Positions 20,229-27,304 of a stretch of 64,000 bases of DNA are shown piece after piece (the stretch's first letter is position 1; the number at the start of each line of letters is the position of its first letter). The position numbers and the translations under genes were made by a program. The stretch is taken from IMG/VR virus record IMGVR_UViG_3300032286_000925, positions 1 to 64,000 of that record, one strand, 5' to 3'. The notes beneath the pieces are model-generated. The model saw nothing but the letters and a program-made list of their open reading frames with translations, was not told where the DNA came from and did not search any database. This stretch comes from a virus.

Positions 20229-20600
20229 TTATCCGTAGATTACATCACCGAAGAAAGCAATTTGTAGCAATCCGTCTGACACGCAAGCGTCAGGGTCTTC
20301 TAAGTCCCACGCACCCCCACAATGAGTAAGTCCTTTTGTAAGAACGGTGCTGTAAGCCTTAGCCAAATCCTCAATGGTTAGAGTTTTGGTTGTTGTTGGC
20401 TCGTCTGGGTCGTCAGGGTCGCAAGCAGTTATGGTGAATTCGCCTGTGCCGATTTTGTCCCAATCGCCTCCGTTAGAGTATTTTAGGCTTACCCACCACT
20501 CCATATACTCCCAGCCTCCACCGAAAGTTGCCTCCCAAAGTAGTTGCTTGTCTATTGGGACATTGATGTTGATGTTGTTTTCCATTATCGGTTCTCCCAA
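20229..20600 (-). CDS. Conserved phage protein ending DAC..D.LLQ.A.FGDVIYG
   Basis: Motif pattern; likely starts at the second Met. Confidence 0.8.
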   Translation of the reverse strand: MGEPIMENNININVPIDKQLLWEATFGGGWEYMEWWVSLKYSNGGDWDKIGTGEFTITACDPDDPDEPTTTKTLTIEDLAKAYSTVLTKGLTHCGGAWDLEDPDACVSDGLLQIAFFGDVIYG

Positions 20601-20755
20601 TACTTATCAATGGCAATCATACTTTCTAGGTCGCTAATCCTACCCTCTATAAGTATGAGAGTTTGTGGAGTAAGTATTCCCTTATCCACTAAGAGTTCTA
20701 TTTCTTTTTTATCTACGCTAAGATTAGCGAACTCGTTTAGGTGTTCTTCTAGCAT
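20585..20755 (-). CDS. Hypothetical protein
   Basis: GAGGAG RBS; start corrected. Confidence 0.65.
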   Translation of the reverse strand: MLEEHLNEFANLSVDKKEIELLVDKGILTPQTLILIEGRISDLESMIAIDKYWENR

Positions 20756-20950
20756 TTTGCTCCTCGTTTGTTTTTGTGGTCTTTCCACATTTCCAACTTT
20801 ACACGAACTTTACACGAAGTCAAGTCTGCTGCTGCGAAATGTTTATTTTTAATTGAGATTTTAATTCTGGTTTATTAATTGTTTTAGATAGCAGAAACCC
20901 ACCAACCTAAACTCTCGGTTTAGTTTATTGGTGGGCTTTGCTAGGAATAA

Positions 20951-21274
20951 CTACGCAGTTCTGATGTAGTCGTATTCGGTGGTTCGTAGAGTTTCTGCGT
21001 AAGCGTCTGGGAACTTCTCTTGTAGCAACTCTCGGTCAAACGAGGTGTTCTTACTGAATACTAGGCTGAAAGCCTTGATTTTGCCAAAGAACCCGATTGT
21101 CTTACCTGCTGGGAGAGAGGCTCGTAGGATTGCCTCGGCTTGTGCCTTGCGTTCCTTTGCGTCTTTCTCGTCAGCCTTAGCCTGAATAAAGTCAGCGTGG
21201 GCTTTCTTTACCTTGGCACTTGTGATGATAACTGCGTTCTCTGGCAGTTCTGGTGCGTTGTCGTTGTTAGACAT
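20951..21274 (-). CDS. Hypothetical phage protein
   Basis: AAGGA RBS; cassette position. Confidence 0.8.
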   Translation of the reverse strand: MSNNDNAPELPENAVIITSAKVKKAHADFIQAKADEKDAKERKAQAEAILRASLPAGKTIGFFGKIKAFSLVFSKNTSFDRELLQEKFPDAYAETLRTTEYDYIRTA

Positions 21275-21391
21275 TTGTTTTCCTTTTCGTGAGATTGTTT
21301 AGTTGCCTCACATCTATAAACTTACTTGGTTATGTGTTTCTTGTCAAGTCTTTCGTTTGATGTTTAGACATTTATTTTTTTAATTGAGGTT

Positions 21392-21628
21392 TTAATTCTT
21401 TTTGCTTGTGTAAAAGATATTGACTACTGTAAACCACTCTAGAGTTTTTTTGAATTGCCAATCAGGGTTTAGATGATAACACTCGTTATACCAATCAAGG
21501 TAGATTTGATTACCCGAACTTCTATCGGGGAACGCCTCTTGAACCCATAGATACATAAAGTTTAGGTTTTTTTGCCCATATTCTAGGTCAATAACTATTT
21601 CTGGGTATTTTGGAATCGGTAGTTCCAT
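21392..21628 (-). CDS. Diverged relative of 11450..11653
   Basis: Shared PKYPE(I/V) start and W(F/V).V end. Confidence 0.6.
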   Translation of the reverse strand: MELPIPKYPEIVIDLEYGQKNLNFMYLWVQEAFPDRSSGNQIYLDWYNECYHLNPDWQFKKTLEWFTVVNIFYTSKKN

Positions 21629-21715
21629 ATGCGTCTTTCGTCTTTTGTGGATTTTGTAGTGAGCCTTTTATAGACAAATAAGGTAAATGCTCAGGTCTAT
21701 ATCTTTATTCTAACA

Positions 21716-22024
21716 CTAATCGTCTTCGTCTAGTGTTTCGCAGTATGCTCCACAGGAGTAGCAGAGGTAAGTTCCCCATAAAGACCAATAGCCAGCGTGT
21801 TCCCCTGCGATTTCTAGGCTACCAATTTTGTAGGTTTTTTCATCCTCGTCATACCAGACAAGTTCTTTTGAGCAGTTTTCACAGATTTCCCAAGTAAAGA
21901 TTTCGTGGCAACCATTCCAGCCATTATACTTTTCATCTGTTTTAGCACAGGTGTCAGAGCAGTAATAGTTTCTATCTACTACTTGTCCGTCTTTGTCGTC
22001 AATATCTATTAGGTGTGCTGACAT
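21716..22024 (-). CDS. Cys-rich hypothetical protein
   Basis: GAGGA RBS. Confidence 0.75.
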   Translation of the reverse strand: MSAHLIDIDDKDGQVVDRNYYCSDTCAKTDEKYNGWNGCHEIFTWEICENCSKELVWYDEDEKTYKIGSLEIAGEHAGYWSLWGTYLCYSCGAYCETLDEDD

Positions 22025-22341
22025 TTTTTCCTCGTTTCCGTAAGTCTTTCTTACAAGATAAGTTTATAGTTTTGAGGCTAGAAGTCAAGTTTTTTGCGCG
22101 AGGCTGGGCTTTTATTTTTAATTGAAAGCTTTAATTCTGCTTTTATTAATTGTTGATCTTAATTCTGCTTTTTATTAATTGTTTTTAATTCTGCTTTTTA
22201 TTAATTGTTTTAGCTGCCAAGCCAGAAATGCGAAATCCCTCATAGCGTTAGGAACTATGAGGGACTTCGTGCCGAGGTAAATGAGGGGGCAAAGCCTCGG
22301 CAAGTGGGGCAGAGGAAACGAGAGAAACTCTGCCACCAAGA

Positions 22342-22764
22342 CTAAACTATTGTTGGTTCCTCGGTTGGAACTATTACAGGTCTGATTACAGGCTTAGGCT
22401 CTACTAGCGTAGTTCTGGTGAAAGTAGATTGACCATACACTAAGTCGTGTCCAAGTGTGTCAGCCTCAATCTCAACCGAAGTGCCAGACTTTTCGCCATT
22501 ATCCCAATCACGAACTCGTAGCGTTCCTGAAACTATAATCCTGTCGCCTTTGCTGATTGAAGAAACAGCGTTTATCGCAAGAGTGCCGAAAGATGTAATT
22601 GTGAACCAATTTGTATAAGCGTCAATCCACTCCATTTCCTTTGGGTCAAACTTTTTGCTGGAACTTGCCAGACGGAAACTTGTGATATCTACTCCGTCTG
22701 CTGTTTTTAGGTGGCGTGGTGTTGTAGCCACTAAGCCTGTTGTTGTGTATTTGCTGTTATCCAT
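22342..22764 (-). CDS. ssb: Single-stranded DNA-binding protein (actinobacterial type)
   Basis: OB-fold: SFRLAS...W.D..TNWFT...LA.N...S.SKGDR..V.G.L. Confidence 0.92.
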   Translation of the reverse strand: MDNSKYTTTGLVATTPRHLKTADGVDITSFRLASSSKKFDPKEMEWIDAYTNWFTITSFGTLAINAVSSISKGDRIIVSGTLRVRDWDNGEKSGTSVEIEADTLGHDLVYGQSTFTRTTLVEPKPVIRPVIVPTEEPTIV

Positions 22765-22975
22765 TTAATTTTGCCTTTCGGGTTGTTTCGGTTTCTATTG
22801 CTTGGTCGTATGTCATAGACATAACTTCTTCTAACGAGGTGTGCCAAAAGATTATGTAGTGGAGTGGTAGTTCCGTTCCAAATAGTTCATAAGCCTTTTC
22901 TTGTGTTTTGTGGATTGTAAGTTCTCGTCTTTCGCCAAGATAAACTGCGATTGTTGGTGTGATTTCGTTTTCCAT
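22757..22975 (-). CDS. Hypothetical protein
   Basis: Position within the operon. Confidence 0.6.
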   Translation of the reverse strand: MENEITPTIAVYLGERRELTIHKTQEKAYELFGTELPLHYIIFWHTSLEEVMSMTYDQAIETETTRKAKLNG

Positions 22976-22984
22976 ACTACGAGT

Positions 22985-23266
22985 TTAGTGTCTGACTAAT
23001 CCTGTGTCAAATCTAAGTTCGTCAGAAACAAGCCCACTCTGAACTTTCATTTTCCAACTGCTTAATTCTATTAATTGATAGGTAGGTAGTCCGAGAGCCT
23101 CGGCAATACAATCCAAGATTTCAGAGGAAACTTCTTTATGCCCTCGTTCTACTTCGGATAAATAGCCAAGAGCCACCGAGCCACGCTCGGAAACATCTCG
23201 CAAGTTTAGCCCGAGTTCGTGTCTGGTCTCTCTAATGACTTCGCCTAGTGCGTGTCTGAACTTCAT
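22985..23266 (-). CDS. ClgR-like XRE-family transcription regulator
   Basis: LG.VIR..R......LRDVS....VALGYLSEVERG.KE.SSE.L..I..AL matches the actinobacterial ClgR pattern. Confidence 0.85.
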   Translation of the reverse strand: MKFRHALGEVIRETRHELGLNLRDVSERGSVALGYLSEVERGHKEVSSEILDCIAEALGLPTYQLIELSSWKMKVQSGLVSDELRFDTGLVRH

Positions 23267-23532
23267 TATGCCTCGTTTCCGTAGAGCAGGTCTGGTTCTT
23301 GACCCACCGGTGTAAGTTTTGGTGTTGGCAGTTTATCTACTGCCATTTTGAGAATACCATAGAGTTTTCCGTCTAGGTCTTGTTCGCCTGCGACTACTTC
23401 ATCATCAGCCCAACGCCACTCGTCTAGGTCTGTGTCCCAGATGTCTCCGTCTCCTACTTCGTAGGTCTCAACATACCACTCATTAGTTTCCTCTTTGTAG
23501 GCGAGGACATAGTGAAAGTGTCTTCTAGCCAT
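23266..23532 (-). CDS. Hypothetical protein
   Basis: Translationally coupled; tail EPDLLYGNEA. Confidence 0.75.
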   Translation of the reverse strand: MARRHFHYVLAYKEETNEWYVETYEVGDGDIWDTDLDEWRWADDEVVAGEQDLDGKLYGILKMAVDKLPTPKLTPVGQEPDLLYGNEA

Positions 23533-23924
23533 TATGCCTCACCACCATACACGACATCTTGTTCTGGCTTGTCTGCCTTAGGTGGTTCAGGGTTAGGTGG
23601 CGAGTAATCCACTCCGTCGCAAGTGTAGTCGCCTGTATCAGCATTGAGCCACACACTAGGGCTATCAATCCAGCCCTCGTCAAATGTGTCAAGCCTGTCA
23701 GCCCACATACCAAACGAGCCTGAACCTATGCCAGAGTAGCCACCAAGAACTACCGAGAACTCGTGGAATAGTTCGGCAATGATATAGTTGTCGCCAATCC
23801 TGCCTGTTTTTTCTATGACATTATGGACAGCCTGTAAGTTGTCGCTACCTGACCAATGCCCATACATCACTATTAGATTTTCGTCTGTGTTGTTAGAAAC
23901 AACGATTAAAGACCTGTCGCCCAT
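23532..23924 (-). CDS. Conserved phage protein (MGDRS...YGHWSG)
   Basis: AAGGA RBS; tail EQDVVYGGEA. Confidence 0.8.
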   Translation of the reverse strand: MGDRSLIVVSNNTDENLIVMYGHWSGSDNLQAVHNVIEKTGRIGDNYIIAELFHEFSVVLGGYSGIGSGSFGMWADRLDTFDEGWIDSPSVWLNADTGDYTCDGVDYSPPNPEPPKADKPEQDVVYGGEA

Positions 23925-23972
23925 TTTTGATTTCCTTTCGCTAGGGTTATTAGAAGTTTAGTCCTGTTTTGC

Positions 23973-24329
23973 CTATTGGTCAAGTAGGTCTTGTTCCTCA
24001 CCACAGCCAGCACACTTTCTTTCGTAGTCCTCGCCTTTGACCTGATAGTCGTATTCGTAGCAATCATCACAACGCAGGTGTCCTAGTTCAGAGCTGATAG
24101 CGTCAGAGAACGCCTCCCATACAGGTTCTAAGGCACTACCACTACATAGTCCGTCAAACTCCTCAATAATCTTGTCCCACTCTGCCTTAGTGATGTTTCC
24201 GTATGGTTCTGTGCTGTTATGAACCTCAACTTCATCTATGGTGTAGCAGTAAGCCCAAACTTTTTGGTCAGGGTCTTTATCAGCAATCTTGGCGAACACT
24301 TCTGCCCACTCTTTCGCAGTTCTAATCAT
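23973..24329 (-). CDS. Zn-ribbon-tailed protein, paralog of 24322..24651
   Basis: Shared CDxC..YDY...CxxCGEE.DLL tail. Confidence 0.8.
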   Translation of the reverse strand: MIRTAKEWAEVFAKIADKDPDQKVWAYCYTIDEVEVHNSTEPYGNITKAEWDKIIEEFDGLCSGSALEPVWEAFSDAISSELGHLRCDDCYEYDYQVKGEDYERKCAGCGEEQDLLDQ

Positions 24330-24651
24330 TTAGTAAGTCCTCCTCCTCGCCACAATGACGACAGGTAGTTTCCTGTTCTTTTTCATCAGTAATACACTCG
24401 TAGTCATAGAGAGAACAGGTATCGCAATAGACATTTTTCTTGTTGTTGTCTGCCATTAGGTCGTGTAGATACTCTGAAACATAGTCCCAATCGCCAGAGA
24501 AGTCAGAGCAGAAGTCCTCCCAATCTTTATCGTTGATTTCACAGCCCTCAACGAAATAGTCTGCTAGTTCATCTTTTTCTGCCCAATGAACCCAGACCCG
24601 ACTTGTAGGGTCTAGTTTTTGTAATACCTCAATAAAGTCTTTGACTAACAT
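24322..24651 (-). CDS. Zn-ribbon-tailed protein, paralog of 23973..24329
   Basis: Shared CDxC..YDY...CxxCGEE.DLL tail. Confidence 0.8.
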   Translation of the reverse strand: MLVKDFIEVLQKLDPTSRVWVHWAEKDELADYFVEGCEINDKDWEDFCSDFSGDWDYVSEYLHDLMADNNKKNVYCDTCSLYDYECITDEKEQETTCRHCGEEEDLLND

Positions 24652-25281
24652 CTAATACACCACATCAGGTTCAGGCTGGTCGTTTTCCCGAGGGCAATCG
24701 TCATAGAGGTCGTCAGGGTCGCCACTATTACAGCCCCAGCACTCTTTATCTTGTGCCTCGTAGTCAGCGTGAGAGTTCGGGATATCCCACTCTTTCGTGA
24801 TAGTGAGTTCGCCTTTGTAGCCCGAGAGTTCAGCACCGAACCCTTGTTCCTCTTCCCAGTAGATATCAAAGTTCAGGTCGGGGAACTGCTCCACCATAGC
24901 CTCAAACACAGGCGAGGCTGGCGACCACGCTGTATCAAACCTATAAGTGAGTTCAGTATCAGTTTCACTATCTAGTGAGGGATTACAAGCGTCCCATTTG
25001 GTATCCCAGTTATCGTTGTTCCAGTTATACCAGTTGGTAGGAGTGTCGCCTTTCTGAACTCCATTTTCCCAACCATTAGTGCCGAAGTATTCGCCACTCT
25101 CAACTGCCTCTTCTGGTGGTGCTATGAAGTTCCAGAACGAGATGTCCTCTTTCTCATACTCAACGGAGTTAGTGTCAGAGTTCCAACTTTGTGGGTGCGG
25201 CTTTCCAGCCTGTTCTTTAAATCGTGCTATCTCTTCTTTTGAGCCAGAGATGTTGATTGAGGTATAAACCCAATTTGGCAT
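24652..25281 (-). CDS. YubB/DUF1281-like ferredoxin-fold protein
   Basis: MPNW start; WYNW...NW.TKW and FDTAWSP motifs. Confidence 0.85.
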   Translation of the reverse strand: MPNWVYTSINISGSKEEIARFKEQAGKPHPQSWNSDTNSVEYEKEDISFWNFIAPPEEAVESGEYFGTNGWENGVQKGDTPTNWYNWNNDNWDTKWDACNPSLDSETDTELTYRFDTAWSPASPVFEAMVEQFPDLNFDIYWEEEQGFGAELSGYKGELTITKEWDIPNSHADYEAQDKECWGCNSGDPDDLYDDCPRENDQPEPDVVY

Positions 25282-25393
25282 TTGATTTCCTTTCGTAGCC
25301 TATGTATCAAGTTTAGTGATTTGTGGATTGGTGTCAAGTAGCCCGAGCCGAGAACAAGAAAGGTGAAATCAAGGCTCGGGGCTACTTAGGTTG

Positions 25394-27187
25394 TTAGGCG
25401 TTTCGCCTACCAATCGTGCCAATGATATCAGCACAAGTTTTTCCAATCAGGATTGCTGATTGCTCTGGCGTAGAGCCAGCCAGAGATACAGCCTGACCAG
25501 AAGTTCCAGCAAGGTAAGTGTCTGGTGTTGTGGTGTTCTTATCAAAGGTCAGCCAGAGAACAGCCACACCTCGTTTGTCGCACTCTCTAATCCACTCTTT
25601 CGCCTTAGCAGGTTGAGTTCCCGAATAATGTCCGTCAGAAACGATTACCAGCAACTTCGCACCTCGGCTGTCCAGCAAGTTCATATGTCCGTCAAGAGCC
25701 ATAAACGCCTCATTAAACTTTTCAGTTCCGTCTGGTGCTGAATAGATATTGACATCATCTAATCTCTGACCAACTCGTAGGGTCGGGAACACTCCCTCGC
25801 CATAATAGACCATAGCAGTTCTCGCCTGAACCCTGCGACCTGCCTCTGCCAGAACCCACGCTGTCGTAGCCATAGGGTTCATAGCCTCACCCATAGAGCC
25901 AGAGATATCAACCATAACTCCGATTGAGAGTGTAGGCTCGTCAGTTTGTTTGCGAGTTTTATGTTCCCACATCTCAACAGGCACTCTAACGCCAACTGCC
26001 TCATACGCCTTTTTCTGAACCATTGACCGAGTTCTTAGACGACCTTGTGGCAGAGCCGAAGTTGTGAGTGAAACATCTCTCTCACGATACTTAGCCTTTT
26101 CTAACATCTGACCGACCTTGACCGAGGCAACTCGTTCTGACGAAGTAGGCTTACGAGTTTCTATCAACTTGGAACTTGATTTGCCATATGGCATTTCAGA
26201 CGAGGCTTTTGAGAACACTTTGGCACTAGCCTCTTTATTGCCCTCTCGTCTCTTGCCCTCTTCTTTTCTTTCTTTGACTTCTTCTTGGCGTTTCTCTTCT
26301 AACTCTTGGTCGCCTAAGTTGATAGTTGCTGTCCAAGCACTCTCGCCAGCAGAACTTTCCAAAGCCTCTTTGATTTTTTCTAACAACTCACTCGGGATTG
26401 AGAAACCACAATCGCCATTTTCAGTTTCCTCACCTTTTTCTTTTGCCTTTTCAGACACTAGGCGTTCCCACTCAATAGCCAATGGATAGAGGTCGTCAGC
26501 GTTAGCGTGTTTGTTGTGGTATTGAGCCTTACGCCATAGGTCTCTAAGTTGGTCATAGAGGTCTTGACCAAGACCAGCAACAACAATGTCTAGGATAGGT
26601 TTGACATCAGCGTAGTCAAGAACGCCACAATCAACACGACCACCGACCAGACCTGCCATTTGTGCGAAAGCCCTAGTGCCAGACATCTTTGCCAACTTCT
26701 CGTCAGTAAGGTCGCCAATCACGATTTCCATAGCCGAGGCTTTTAGGAAGTCAGCGTTCTCGGGGAAGTGAATAATGCCTAAGCCCTCAATGCGACTTTC
26801 CTCTAACAAGTGAAGTGCCTCGTTCTCATTTCGTTTCAGGTCTTTACTTGACTTGACTAAATCCCAGCGTGTAAATCTGGCGTGTAGAGCCTCGTGGAGT
26901 ATCGCACCTGTCGCCTTTGGAAACTCATACATCATTGACCTATCGTTTAGGTCGCCAACGATTTCAGGGTCAGCAATACCAAAAGCGTCTTTGGCATTGA
27001 CCTCAATCTCGGCAGTAGCAGGGTCAAATAGAGCAGATACAGGAGCAGACATATCAGCACCTACATAAACGACTAGGTCGTTTCTCTCTGCCCACTTATT
27101 TACAAGTCTGCCAATTTCAGAGCCGACTTTGAGCCACTCTTTCGGGGTTTCTTTTACTCCCGAGGTGTTTGTTCCGAAGTGTGTCAT
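25394..27187 (-). CDS. vWA-domain protein with N-terminal HExxH domain (CobT/MoxR-partner type)
   Basis: HEALH, LEESRIE, MIDAS DISGSM, IVSDG. Confidence 0.9.
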   Translation of the reverse strand: MTHFGTNTSGVKETPKEWLKVGSEIGRLVNKWAERNDLVVYVGADMSAPVSALFDPATAEIEVNAKDAFGIADPEIVGDLNDRSMMYEFPKATGAILHEALHARFTRWDLVKSSKDLKRNENEALHLLEESRIEGLGIIHFPENADFLKASAMEIVIGDLTDEKLAKMSGTRAFAQMAGLVGGRVDCGVLDYADVKPILDIVVAGLGQDLYDQLRDLWRKAQYHNKHANADDLYPLAIEWERLVSEKAKEKGEETENGDCGFSIPSELLEKIKEALESSAGESAWTATINLGDQELEEKRQEEVKERKEEGKRREGNKEASAKVFSKASSEMPYGKSSSKLIETRKPTSSERVASVKVGQMLEKAKYRERDVSLTTSALPQGRLRTRSMVQKKAYEAVGVRVPVEMWEHKTRKQTDEPTLSIGVMVDISGSMGEAMNPMATTAWVLAEAGRRVQARTAMVYYGEGVFPTLRVGQRLDDVNIYSAPDGTEKFNEAFMALDGHMNLLDSRGAKLLVIVSDGHYSGTQPAKAKEWIRECDKRGVAVLWLTFDKNTTTPDTYLAGTSGQAVSLAGSTPEQSAILIGKTCADIIGTIGRRNA

Positions 27188-27304
27188 TTTCTACCTTTCT
27201 TGTAGTTAGGACAATTATCGTGGATTTAGGGTTTGGTGTCAAGTCGGGGAAGTAGGAAATCCACATAACCTACTTCCCCGAGCCAAATCTAGATGAAAGG
27301 AAAT

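Larger units (their letters stand above)
4242..22212. repeat. Dispersed ~47-bp inter-cassette repeat at 30 loci; consensus TTTATTTTTTAATTG(AGCTTC/CGAACC)TAATTCTG(ATCT/CTTTT)ATTAATTGTTTTAC
   Basis: Copies start near 4242 (right half only), 4635, 5330, 5950, 6362, 6791, 7257, 7854, 8383, 9128, 9663, 10318, 10884, 11363, 11960, 12599, 13086, 13770, 14258, 15224, 15712, 16476, 17065, 17725, 18393, 19315, 20143, 20842, 21371 (left half only) and 22110 (right half triplicated). Confidence 0.97.

Noticed and set aside
13857-20788. Apparent shared N-terminal peptides MESIH / MERP in several track ORFs
   Set aside because: They arise from a GTG in the shared leader hairpin. The true starts follow the downstream AGGAG/GAGGA RBS.
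4242-22212. CRISPR array interpretation of the regular repeat
   Set aside because: The intervals are 0.4-1 kb and contain whole genes, the repeats are degenerate, and there are no cas genes in the window.
4242-22212. Classical integron with attC sites
   Set aside because: No RYYYAAC/GTTRRRY-bounded palindromes were seen, there is no IntI in the window, and the cassettes carry their own promoters.
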